Source of the DNA: Eledone cirrhosa
Taxonomy: Eukaryota
Direction: 5' to 3'
NCBI GenBank assembly: GCA_964016885.1
Contig: OZ024742.1
Location: 138,136,001 to 138,200,000 of the forward strand
DNA: 64,000 nucleotides
This document shows positions 40,283 through 57,940 of this stretch, in pieces (the first letter of the stretch is position 1; each line of letters opens with the position of its first letter). The position numbers and the translations under genes were made by a program. The notes below the pieces were generated by a model. The model was not told the DNA's origin, did not search any database, and saw only the letters and a list, made by a program, of their open reading frames with translations.

Positions 40283-41988
40283 CACCGTGTAACATATTTT
40301 TTGTTCCCCGGTTCTAAGTGTCATTTGATGGTTTGTTATATCCCATTATTATAAAAAAACACTATTATTTAATCAGAAGTTGGTGTTTGTGGTCAGGAGT
40401 TTGATATTTCGAAATGTTCATATTTTTCAAGAAAAAACACTTTTTTTTAAATTTATCAGTCCATATAATTAAATCAACAGAGTATATATTTATTTTATTA
40501 CACAAGCTTATCAAAAGCAAACAAGTAAAAACAAATAACACTTATAAATCAACTTATACACGTCAGAAATAACTGAATTTCCTGGATTTGCGGTTGTAGT
40601 CCAGGTCGCATTCCCGCACTAGCCCCCAGATATAATCCCCCATCATTTTATCATTCTAGTGGCCCTGGTACCTCCGCTCTATCTCTTTCACATCTTGGTG
40701 GAATCGCTCGCCTTGTTCTTCTGAGTAGGCGCCCATATTGTACTTGAATTTTTCCAGGTGAGCTTCCAGCATATAGAGTTTAAGCGACATCCAGCATCCC
40801 ATGGCGCCAAAAGCCTTTATCAGATCCTGCAACAGTTGCTGGTGGTTTTCAGCTCTGTAGTTTCCCAGGAAGCCCTTAGCAACTGCCTTGAAACAGTTCC
40901 ATGCTGGTCTCTAAATCCTATTGATCTTATTGGAGAACTCGGTAGACTCAAACACCTTCTTTATCTGAGGTTCAACAAAAATTCCACCTTTGATTTAGGC
41001 CTCAGATAACTTGGGGAAGAACTCAAGAAGGTAGTTAAAAGCGGCTGATTCTTGGTTGAGAGCCTTCACAAACTGCTTCATCAACCCCAACTTAATGTGC
41101 AGTGGCGGCATGAACACAATCCTGGGATCAACCAGTGGCTCCCACATGACGTTCCGGGTCCCAACTACAAATTATGTTCGCTGCTCCCAGTTCTTTCTTT
41201 TGTAGTGGTCAGAGATGGCTCTGCTGTCCCAAAGGCAGAGGAAACACTGGAATTTGATAAAGCCACCTTGGAGTTCAAGCAGGAAAGCCACCATCTTGAA
41301 GTCTCCAATGATTTCCCAATTGTACTGGTTGTATTGCAGAGTTTCCGGGCAGACTGAATGAGCTAGGCGCAGTGTCGGGAACTTTTTTCCATTGTGGAGG
41401 AGGACAGCCTTCAAACTTGTGGTGGAGCTGTCTATAAAAATCCGCCACTCCTTGGACACAAACGGCACCCCAATAATGTCAAACAGTCCAGGCACGTCAT
41501 GGCAGAAGCAGAGGCGATCCCTAAGAGTGTAAAAACCTGAGAAAGGTTCGTGTCGACTTCTCTGACTTGTCACCTGCACTTCCTCCTTGACCAAGTTCCA
41601 CTGCTTCATCCTGGAGACGAATGCTTAAAACACAACTTACCCTTTATTCAGGGTGTGAAAATCCAGTATCAATAACTCTCTTTAATCCACTTTTTAACAA
41701 TTTTATACTTTATTGCACTTTTATAATTTTCTTTAGGTTTTACTCTTTATTTTATAATTTTAACTTAACCTGAAACATATATAAAATAAATCATTTAACA
41801 TAAGCAAATTAAACTTACATACAACGTAACATCCAGCATACAAATAATTCTAGTGAATAGCTTAGAATTTTTACAAACCCAAACTTTTAACTGTTTAATA
41901 GCACTTTTTTTTTTATTTGGGACCTAAGCAACACTAAAAAGTGTTTACAAACCAGGAAAAGAGAAAAAAAAATTGTTGTTACACGGTG
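40283..41988 (-). mobile_element. Chapaev3-type (CMC superfamily) DNA transposon, internally deleted
   Basis: TIRs CACCGTGTAACA / TGTTACACGGTG with a 3-bp TTA target duplication (40280-82, 41989-91). Confidence 0.85.
40590..41610 (-). pseudogene. Chapaev3-type transposase remnant
   Basis: WRIFIDSS..SLKAVLLHNG, GDFKMV..L..LQGG..KF.CFLCLWDSRA, PPLHIKLGLMKQFVKAL and SEEQGERFHQD, with frameshifts and no N-terminus. Confidence 0.85.
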
Positions 41989-42080
41989 TTATTGCTCTAG
42001 ATCAATATACTTCTAGTAAAGATCTTTTCAAAAGGCATTCACTGATAAGCTTTTAATTTGACGTCAATCTTATCATGCCC

Positions 42081-42288
42081 TTTCTTCTTCTTCTCCGCCC
42101 CTTCTTCTTCTTCTTCTTCTTCTTCTTCTTCTTCTTCTTCTTCTTCTTCTTCTTCTTCTTCTTCTTCTTCTTCTTCTTCTTCTCCCCCTCCTCATCCTTC
42201 TTCTTCTTCTTCTTCTTCTTCTTCTTCTTCTTCTTCTTCTTCTTCTTCTTCTTCTTCTTCTTCTTCTTCTTCTTCTTCTTCTTCTTCT
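42081..42288. repeat. (TTC)n microsatellite; (GTA)n at 42590-42740
   Basis: Directly visible. Confidence 0.95.
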
Positions 42289-42601
42289 AATTATTACATT
42301 CTACTAAAATATAACTAGTGCTGATCTACTCTGAATATCAGATTTTATCTGTTTACGTCTCGGAGTCCTCCCCAACGCCACCCTGATTCTTACTCTCCCT
42401 ACTCCTCTATTTAAAACTTGCTTTGTGTTAGAATCTCATTGTTAATTGCTCCCCATTGAATTCCTACATATCCACCACCATTTCCATTAGCTCCTCCATA
42501 TCATGCTTAACATCATCACTACCAACATCATCACCATCAACATCATTACCATCATCTACATGATCATCATCAATGTACTCATCATGGTGGTTGTAGTAGT
42601 G

Positions 42602-42680
<79 letters not shown>

Positions 42681-42681
42681 C

Positions 42682-42738
<57 letters not shown>

Positions 42739-42764
42739 TGTATATATATATATATATATATATG

Positions 42765-43165
42765 TGTGTGAATGTATATATAGTGTATTTGGTAATACAC
42801 TGTATGCTTAATTAAAAGCATTTTGAAGACTTTAGGTTATTGTTTTAAAGTAGTGACTATGTCACTTACTCCTTCTTTCAACAAACAAAGGGAGATAAGC
42901 TGACAGATCTCTGTTTCATACCGTTGGTATTCCTCAGAGCTTAGCACTCCCCTTGCTTGTTGAAAATTATAAATGTTGGATTCTTATAGAATTCCAGTAA
43001 TAATCAGGAACTGATTATACAGAGCGGTTGCCGGTCCAACAGAAAGTGAAAATTAGAATTGGTGCTCTCAAATAGCGATGTATATATGAATGTATATATA
43101 TAGTGTATTTGGTAATAAACTGTATGATTAATTAAAAGCATTTTGAAGACCTTACGCTATTGTTG
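42765..43165 (-). mobile_element. Retrozyme-like element, 320-nt unit plus partial second unit
   Basis: TAGTGTATTTGGTAATA..ATTAAAAGCATTTTGAAGAC occurs at 42781 and 43101 (period 320). It contains an HHR and is similar in sequence to the 310-bp unit. Confidence 0.75.
42896..42943 (-). ncRNA. Type I hammerhead ribozyme, canonical
   Basis: Reverse complement TAAGCT-CTGAGGA-ATACC(AAC)GGTAT-GAAA-CAG(AGAT)CTG-TC-AGCTTA. All three helices pair and the site is GUC. Confidence 0.88.
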
Positions 43166-43171
43166 TAAATA

Positions 43172-44083
43172 TATGTATACAGACGTACAGTAGTATGTAT
43201 ATACATACATACATGCACATATATATATATATATATATATCTATGTATGGGTTTACCAAACATTTATTATAATGCTCGGTTTGTTTTAAACAAACAGACA
43301 GAATTATTAGCCGTATAGTGTTCGGCAACCATCGTTGCCATTTTGTTCAACATTGACAAACGAGCGATGAACTACTTTCTAGCTTATTAGCTGTCATCAG
43401 CACCGTATACCTTCCTGTCAGTTGATTGAAAGTTTGAAAGTATATACTTTCCTTAGTCATATTAACAGCTGAGCAGCCTAATTTGCATATCGAGTGAGTT
43501 AGTTTTTTACAAACAAACCGAGCATTATAATAAATGTTCGGTAAACCCATACGTACATATATATATATATATGTGCATGTATATATATATATATATATAC
43601 ATACTACTGTACGTCTGTATACATATATGTATGTACGTATACATATTTATATTTAAGTATCAGCCGTACTAAGAGTGAGAAATGAAATTTCATTTTTTCC
43701 AATTATCGTTTTCGGTACGCCCGGCTGACTAACTCACTCGGTATGCAAATTAGGCTGCTCAGCCGTTAATATGCATAAGGAAAGTATATACATTCAAACG
43801 TTCAATCAATTGACAGGAAGTTATACGGTGCTGATGACAGCTAATAAGCTAGAAACTAGTTCATCGCTCCTTTGTCAGTGTTGAACAAAGTGGCAACGAT
43901 GGTTGCCGAACACTGTACGGCTAACAATTCGGGCTGTTTGTCTACAAACAAACCGAACATTATAATAAATGTTCGGTAAACCATACGTACATATATATAT
44001 ATACATATATATATATCTGCATGTAAGTATGTATATACATACTACTGTACGTCTGTATACATATATGTATGTACGTATACATA

Positions 44084-44085
<2 letters not shown>
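43172..44085 (+). mobile_element. Retrozyme-like element: ~437-nt unit (1.3 copies, 43508-44085) with inverted 5' copy (43172-43503)
   Basis: ACAAACAAACCGA.CATTATAATAAATGTTCGGTAAAC occurs at 43509 and 43944. Segment 43250-43503 is the reverse complement of ~43728-43985. Confidence 0.7.
43826..43866 (+). ncRNA. Minimal type I hammerhead (inverted, mutated copy at 43365-43405)
   Basis: CGGTG-CTGATGA-CAGCT(AATA)AGCTA-GAAA-CTAG-TT-CATCG, with palindromic ACTAGT helix III and a GUU site. Confidence 0.7.
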
Positions 44086-44112
<27 letters not shown>

Positions 44113-44118
<6 letters not shown>

Positions 44119-44527
44119 ATAAATGCTCTGAAATAGCGATATATATGTGAATATAGACATAGAATATTCGAAAATATTCTGTATGTTTATAATAAACATT
44201 TTGAAGACCTAATCGCTATAGAATAGAATACGTCACGTATTACAATTAGATTCTCGATAAAAGCAAGGGAAGTAATCTACGCGTTTCAATCTTGTTAGAA
44301 ATCATCAGGACTACATATCCAGTGCTTTTATCGAGAATGACACAGCTAGAGACTTATAGAATACTTAGCTGTGTACAGGAACTGGTTTGAAAGAGCGGTT
44401 GCCGGTCCGGCAGAAATTAGAAATTGGAATAAATGCTCTGAAATAGCGATATATATGTGAATATAGACATAGAATATTCGAAAATATTCTGTATGTTTAT
44501 AATAAACATTTTGAAGACCTAATCGCT
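44113..44527 (-). repeat. Inverted 1.3-unit head of the 310-bp array (HHR at 44272-44314, minus strand)
   Basis: Reverse complement of the array unit, joined directly to the forward array and preceded by (TA)n. Confidence 0.92.
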
Positions 44528-49424
<4,897 letters not shown>

Positions 49425-49542
49425 TATATATATATATTTATATATATACACACATATATATGTGTGTGTATATACATACATCACGCGGATTACTTTGATA
49501 CTGAAGTTAGCTCATGAAATATACAATATATTAAAATATTTA

Positions 49543-50205
49543 ATAATTGTTTCTACATTCGGCACAAGGCCAGCAATTACTCAGTACATTACTGGTACTT
49601 TATGTTATCGACCTCGTAAGGATTAAAGGCAAAGTTAACCTTCGCGGGATTTGAACTCAGATCGTAAAGGGACGTAACTATGCTGGAAAGAATGTCCAAC
49701 CCTCTACCAATTCTGCCAATCCACCAATAAAATATGTAATAATTGTTTCTACATTTGGCACAAGGCCAGCAATTATCCAGTGCATTACTGGTACTTTATT
49801 TTATCGACCCCGTAAGGATGAAAGGCAAAGTTAACCTCGGCGAGATTTGAACTGAGTCCGTAAAGGGACGTAACTGTGCTGCAAAGCATGGCGTCGACCC
49901 TCTACCGATACAGCCAATTCCCCACCCTGATGTAATAATTGTTTCTACTTTTGGCACAAGGCCATCAATTACCCAGTACATTACTGGTACTTTATTTTAT
50001 CGACCCCGTAAGGATGAAAGGCAAAGTTAACCTCGGCGGGATTTGAACTCAGACTGTAAAGGGAGGATGTAATAATGATAGAAATATATAAAATATGTAA
50101 TAATTGTTTCTACTTTAAGCGCAAGGCCAGCAATTACCCAGTGCATTACTAGTACTTTATTTTATCGACCCCGTAAGGATGAAAGGCAAAGTCAACCTCG
50201 GCGGG
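49543..50205 (-). mobile_element. Four head-to-tail SINE copies, the last two progressively 5'-truncated
   Basis: TAATAATTGTTTCTAC...AAGGCCAGCAATTA...GTACTTTATTTTATCGACCCCGTAAGG starts at ~49543, 49738, 49935 and 50100. Confidence 0.85.
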
Positions 50206-50349
50206 ATAATAATAGAAATATACAATAATTGTGCTACTTTCTATATATAATAAATGTAATATATTCAATGCATTTCCTTTTCTTTTCCGTATGTCAGGAT
50301 AACAGATTTTATACGACATCTGAAAACATATTTGAAGCAATGTAAATAG

Positions 50350-50431
<82 letters not shown>

Positions 50432-50497
50432 CGAGGGTGAGATATATATATATATATATATATTTATACATATATATATATATATATATATATATGC

Positions 50498-50539
<42 letters not shown>

Positions 50540-50595
50540 TTATATATGTATATATGTTTACATATATATATATATATAAATGTAAATAAATAGAA

Positions 50596-50645
<50 letters not shown>

Positions 50646-52836
50646 ATGTGTGTGTGTGTATAAATCTACTTTGTATGAATATATGATTATGTATGTGCAT
50701 TCATGAATATGGGTATGAATATGAAGAATATGTACATATAGGAGCTTTGTAAGACTCTATATGTATTATTCTTATTCTGGACCGATTATTAAAATTAAAT
50801 GTGCGACAGCTTTTCTTGTAATTTCCTTTATTGTGTGGAAAAATTCCTCAGATAAATATTTCTCTTATTCCTATATGGTATAACATACTGTTCTGTTGAT
50901 AGTTTAAAATGGTTGCCGCCTGTTATATATTCCGAGAGAAACACATATTTTATTCTTTTCATTCCGAATTTCAGCTGCATATATATATAAAGCCTACATA
51001 GGAAACCTAATAAGAATTATGTACAAGTAATATGGACACAAACAAATCAAAAGGCGATGTCTTCATCTATACGATCGTTCAACTAATAATGTTTTATCAC
51101 ATTCACAAAAGGTCACAACATTTTATATAATGACTGCATGGCATACTATAAATGACATTAATCAACCATTTTACTTTTTCATAGAACAATTCGCTATGGA
51201 GCATTTGAGGTCTAAACAATAGACCTTTACCAAATTACTTCCTCAGTTACTCGTGATTCACCAGGCATCGATTTCTAATTAAAATCTCAATTAATCGCTT
51301 CTTATTCAAATACCAGATCTTTTCACATATTGCATTATTAGAGAGCACAGTGTGTCAATTAAAAAATGTTTGATTGAGCCATTCCCTCTTCTGAAGAACT
51401 GAAGACAAACAAAGAGAATTTTGCCTGCCCCTGTCAGAAAATAAAGGGCGACTTTAGGAAATCGCAATAGGACACATTCGATATACTTCCATTACATAAA
51501 AGATGAGATGGTCAAAGTTAGATCATGTTATCATTGATCTGTTTTAACCTCGGTTTCAAGAAGAACAATAACAAAGCTTTTCTTATAAAATAGGAAAAAT
51601 TGAATCTGTCACACAAATAACATACAACTGGGCATAATCCATTATGGCTACGCCTGGCGCTAGACATCTGTAATATCCTACTCTTAATTATACGTCAAAT
51701 GACAATCTTAAATGATAAATAAACTCACTGCAAAGAAGAATCCCTGTGTTTCCAATGATGTGTTGAATGTTTTTTGCATTCTTATAACAATGTTAGAGCA
51801 ATATATTGGAGTTCACTTAGTAACCCCATAGAGAACTCTTTCGGTTACGAATGACCATGGGTTTTTCACCTATATAAGTTCCCCTACGATGCGCAAAGCC
51901 TAGACAAGGTGCTTTAGTGAAAGATCAGTAGACACCCATGTATACCTGTAAACCCTCTGTCCGACAATGATATTGTCGAAGGGAAAGTCAAAGACTAATG
52001 TAGCATGGCACCAGTGAAGTCGCAACTCATTTCTACACTACATACACATTATAAACACACTACGTACAATATATATATATATACTATATATGGTGTTGTC
52101 CAAGGGAAAGGCAAAGGCCAATACATCTTAGCGTCAGTGACGTCATAATTCATTTCTACAGCAGCGTAAACAAGGTTGCAATTCACTTCTAGCTCTCAAA
52201 GTCATATTACTTCCTAAAAACAAGGATGACGCAGTATATTAATGAAGAGGAAAATCTGAAGTTGAAGATTTTAGGGTCCTAACATTAATTGAGCTGTTAT
52301 ATATATTTTAATGACGATTTCATATTTCAATAGTTATACGTATTTCAATCATGATTTCTTCAGACAGCAAAAATTGATTAAAAGGTAACATTTCCGAGAC
52401 AATTTTGGGTGGAAGGGAGCGGGCTAAAAGAATGTGTATATGTTTGCTTTGAGTGTCTGACCCTTCTAACTTCCTGGACATCCCGACAGCCCTGCTTAGT
52501 TACAGGGGTGTGGAGTGGCTGACCACTCAACTACAACCGACAATACCACCAACCTTATTTGTTTTCTCTATCTACCGTCCTCCACTACCTCGGCCGACAA
52601 CTCGATAGGTCAGTGGGAGTTCAGAGCAACAAAAATGTATTTACTGCTAGCTTTGGTGGCCCGCAGAATATAGTGTATTCGTACCAGCTACCCGTCTTTA
52701 GCGTGATAATATACGGACCATCAACCCCAAATTGAGAAAGTTACCTACTGCTATGGTTAACATAACTTATCATAGAAAATATTAATGGTCTCACAAACCG
52801 AAAATCCTGAAAAAATCTAAAATTCAGACGTTAAGA

Positions 52837-53178
<342 letters not shown>

Positions 53179-54139
53179 ATTTAACAAAACTAGTTCTGGA
53201 TTGTTCCCTCAGACGATTTGCAGGCGACCTGGAGGCAATCCATAATACTAACCGTTGTGCATATGTCATACGACAAGTAAAGAAGCGGAACAGTCTGCCT
53301 TGTAGTCATGGCCGACAGAAAGGAGAAGACATTGCCACGGAGGACGGCAATAGAAATGCGCTAGAGCAGCTATGCAGCTATTCCATCTCGTGTGACTCAC
53401 ACTTGCGCGTAGCCAACTCCGCTCCGATGACAGGGAGCCGGGATGTGCGGCGGTTCGGAGCAAGAGCACCACAAGTCTCCACTTCCACAGGTTCAACCGC
53501 AAACCTATCAGAGAACGGCAGATACGTGGACAGATTTCCCTCTTAGACCTTGTAGGCAGCCAAGCCTGGGCTGTTGATAGATTGCGTTAATATCATAATA
53601 TATCTACAGATGTTCATCCTCCTTCACGTCCTTGTTTACCAAAGATTGCAAAATAGGTGAATGTTTTTATTTTTTGGGTCTCTACTAAAATGTATATTAC
53701 ACTAAGGTACTGTAAGTAGCTGATAATTATTTTATTATCTTTTTCTAAGATTTTCATAATAATACCATGCGGGACGTTAGAAGCCCAATGTTTGTCTAGG
53801 TATTCAGCCACTTCTACCAATCTCTTAGGCTACGGCACATTTCTTTATTGGTCATTATGAACGATCGATTACCTCAAGACTTACATGGCGCCACATAGTT
53901 GGATAGTAGAATGTTTGAAATTGTTTACTATTGCATCTCAACATTAGACAGTTTCTGGTGAGCAGTATGGATGGTTGGTAGACTGACCTGACATCATGTA
54001 GACAAACATTAGGATTTGTGAATATCAAGAGAGGAATATTTCAGGGAGACGTTCTTTTTCCTGTGCTGCTTGTACTGTATGTGGTTCCACATCATTAGTG
54101 TTGATAAGGTCATATGCTGGTTACGTTTGAGGAGGACCC

Positions 54140-54940
54140 GAGTTTAAAATAAAGCATTCATGGATGACTTAAAACTTTATGGGAAATCCTACATTCAGTG
54201 CGAACATAGGAGTGGGATTTGGTATAAAAAAAAGTGCAAGGTGCTACTACTGAAATGAAGTAGAATTAATAAGATGGAAGGAATTGGATTATCAGATGGA
54301 GAGGTAATGAAGGAAATTGATGACAACGGGTATATGTCGTTAGGCATCCTGAGAACAAACCAAACGAAAGAGAAGGAAATGTAAGAACTATTATCAAAGG
54401 AATATAAACAGTGACTGAAGTTGGTGTTTAAGACGAAGTTAAGTGGTAAGAATAAGATACTGGCTATCAACACATTGGCTGTTGCAGTGCTAAGTTATAG
54501 CGCTGGTGGGATAGGGTAGAGATATGATGAACTTAAGGAGATTGATAGAAAAAGCAGAAAAATTATGAGGCTACTAGGGGTTCTACACCCCAAAAGTGAC
54601 GTGGAAAGGTTATATCTATCACGAAAGAGAGGAGGAAGATGTGTCATTAGCTGTGAAATGTGTGTGAAGTCGGAGAAAAATAATCTGGCATCGTATGTAA
54701 AGAATTCAAAGGAAAGATTGATGGCAGGATTAAGAATGATAAAGGTCCTAAACAGTGATGAAGCAAAGACACGGGGAGAATTTAAACTAGAAAGACAGAA
54801 TGACACATTGAATAGAAAATGGAAAATACATTTTATTGGCCATTCGTACGTGAAATGTCTGAGACAGTTAACAAAGATAGGAACTGGGAATGGTATAGGA
54901 AATGTGACTTAAATGTTGAAACTGATGCCCTTATTATTGA
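54140..54940 (+). pseudogene. R4/Dong-clade non-LTR retrotransposon RT fragment
   Basis: FMDDLKLYGK, KNKILAINTWAVAVLSYS and LHPKSDVERLYLSRKRGGR, with stops and frameshifts. Confidence 0.75.
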
Positions 54941-55304
54941 GGGTTGATGAGAATTCCCTTGTCCGCAGTTAGCTGGTTATCGATTTATTATTAATCGATG
55001 ACCAGCGAATTCTCCACGGAATTCTATTCAATACTCTGCCAGCATGGACGTTGATTTTTCTGTGCTAACCTAGGAAGATACTGGTTGTCTCGATTACTGA
55101 AATTGTTATTACTTTAAAGTGTTCATATGTTAATCTGTGGATACAAAAGTTACAGTATTTTCCTAGCTTAGCCTTCTGGCTGGGAGTGCTGTCTTACGTT
55201 TGATCCTATGCCTGTGCTCCAAATGAATTTATTGAGCAAATTGTAAGCAATGAGATCGAAATTGCTTGATAAAAATATCAGCTTTATTATATATATATAC
55301 ACAT

Positions 55305-55458
55305 ATATAGGAAAATGTTTAACCGCGACGGCAGAGCTCAAGCCGTTGAGCTCTGCCGTCGGTGTTAGACATTTTCCTATTACCCACTCTACTACCCTAA
55401 GTATTGAGTACTCAGGTGCGTTATGTTCTATCTGGTTCTTTACCCCACTTCCTTCGTT
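55305..55458 (+). mobile_element. Extremely truncated 3' terminus of the 1-2970 PLE family with snap-back 5' end
   Basis: Matches 2859-2970. The hairpin is GGAAAATG..CGACGGCAGAGCTCAA / TTGAGCTCTGCCGTCG..CATTTTCC, and the element is TA-flanked. Confidence 0.8.
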
Positions 55459-55467
55459 ATATATATA

Positions 55468-55508
<41 letters not shown>

Positions 55509-55511
<3 letters not shown>

Positions 55512-56392
55512 AAGGGATATATTCGATATGTCTCATATGAAATAATACAGCCAATTTTCCACGCAATACTTTTAGTTAGCACCCCTAACGCATAATTGGG
55601 AATATAATCACTTATTTCCTAATATTTGTTGAGTGAGTTGGAATTGGGCCGGAGTATCGCTAAAAAGCTTTCTCCGATATTGTATTTATTTATTTACTCT
55701 TGGCGCAGCAGAATTGAATTTCCCGGTATAAGGTTAGCATTTCTTTGTTTATTTTTTATATATGAATATTGATTGTTCCTTATATCTCATTCTGTTATTT
55801 TGCCCGAGAAAATATCTGTGAGTGTCATCAAATGTTGTACACGCATAGATATTTTTTCAATTTACAATTGAGTTCTTAGCACGTGGCCTGAATTCCTTTC
55901 AGAGTTCATTGTCATGCGCATGTATTGTTTTTTTTTGTGGTAATTTACTTCCTCATTTTTGAATCAGTTCGAGCACTTCTTTAGAACTGCTGGACTGGCA
56001 ACCTGACAGATACCTCAGGCACAGATGATGATTATCGCTAAATACTGATGTTGATTAGATTATCAATATTAGTATTATTGGAGCACCCACTGATGAATTA
56101 TAGGAGCCCACTTGAATATATATCTATTGATGGTATACAAGCTCCTACATAAATTGGTATAATTTCACCCAAATTGTAGGAATCCTATAATGAAACGAGA
56201 CGTCCGTCTGGGAAGAGATATATTCGATATGTCTCATATGAAATAATACAGCCAATTTTCCCCGCAATACTTTTAGTTAGCACCCCGAACGCATAATATT
56301 GGGAATATAATCACTTATTTCCTAATGTTTGTTGAGTGAGTTGGAATTTGGCCGGAGTATCGCTAAAAAGCTTTCTCCGATATTGTATTTAT
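55509..56392 (+). mobile_element. Retrozyme-like element: 701-nt unit plus ~180-nt terminal direct repeat
   Basis: 55509-55689 is repeated at 56210-56392. An HHR lies at the repeat junction and (TA)n flanks both sides. There is no ORF. Confidence 0.8.
56086..56212 (+). ncRNA. Type I hammerhead ribozyme with long insertion in helix II
   Basis: CCCA-CTGATGA-ATTATAGGA...TCCTATAAT-GAAA-CG(AGACGTC)CG-TC-TGGG, with GUC at 56206-56208. Confidence 0.82.
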
Positions 56393-56400
56393 ATATATAT

Positions 56401-57561
56401 AACCATAGACACGCCAAACGCCCCACAAACACCCGCGCACACGCACCTAGACCCCCTAATACTAACCACACCACAAATACAACAGCAACATCAAAGTAAA
56501 ACAGAACACGGAGTAGATCTTACATTTGGTATAATCCTATTTTTAACTCTTCTATTAGCTCTAACTTACCTTCCATATTCTACAAAATTATAAGAAAACA
56601 CTTTCCAAATTCACATAAATATAGTAGTATACTCAATACCAAAACAATTAGACTATCTTATTCCACTGCACCAAACCTAGACGCACACATTAAGATGCTC
56701 AACGCCAAAAAACTCCGTAACAAAAACACCCCAATCCCTCAACACAATAATACACCTAATACACAACCACCCACTAACAAACAGTATGCACAAAACACAC
56801 TCACACACACATCCCAGCCCACCTATAACTCCACCGCTGCCCATAACAGAAATTGTAATTGCCACCTTCCAGAAACTTGTCCATTGAATAACGAATGTTT
56901 GCATTCAAACCTAGTGTACAGGTGCTCGGTTGAGTCGGACAACCAAACCTGGCACTACATAGGCAGCACTGCAAACACCTTCAAAACCCGTTGGTACACG
57001 CATCGTTACGCAATAAAGCACCCCCAACACCGTTACGTAACGACCCTCGCCGACAAAATGTGGCACTTAAAAGGGAGTAACCGACAATACACCCTTAAAT
57101 GGACCAAACTCTCACATGCTCCTCCATACCGGAGTGGGATGAAAACGTGCCCGTTGTGTAATAATGAGCTCTTCCATATCCTAAGTTCAGGCCACCAACT
57201 ACTCAACAACAAAATTGAAAGGTCAATCTTTTGCCAGCATAAACTGAAAGCGAAATTCTCACACTTCAAACCTTTAACTAAATCTTAACACTACTTTTCT
57301 ACCCTAAATAACAATTCTACACTCGTAAAAATAGACTATATATGAAATTTAATACTTTCTTCCTTCATCTATTCGCTGGTAAAACTTTTGCCTGTCCACT
57401 ACCAAATGCCACTTAAAATTCTATCTTCGTTATCTCTCCCTCTACTCATCACAACTTTTAGCACACAATCCTCCCCCCCTCCCTTCTTGTAACTTAACTA
57501 TATTCTATACAAATCCTCTCACACCACCCTATCTCTTTCTCTTTCTCTCCCTACCTCCATC

Positions 57562-57626
<65 letters not shown>

Positions 57627-57940
57627 CCACTCTCTCTCTCTGTTCCTCTATCTTACACTACTACCCCTTATTTCATTTCCTAAGGTCATTTCAACTTTGT
57701 ATTTTGAAAATTTGTATCTTTCTTGATTGTGGACTGAAATTCTGAGGAAACAATTGTTAATACGTGGATTAAATCCTTTTGTAACTGTTTACCTTCGTCC
57801 TATTTCTCTTTTTTGATTACACTCCTCGTTTGTTCGTGTTTCCACCACATAATCCCTACCAACCTGTCGAGTCACCTTAACGTATGTTGATAACTTTCCT
57901 CACAACTTGTTCTACCAAGCTTTGGAATATTCCTAATTAC

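Noticed and set aside
53266-53590. GC-richer ORF
   Set aside because: Possibly an RTE-like 3' remnant but too degenerate to support.
56695-57288. Stand-alone GIY-YIG endonuclease gene starting at ATG 56695
   Set aside because: The same frame continues upstream with PLE linker motifs (WYNP, KHFP, IRLSYS), so this is a 5'-truncated PLE.
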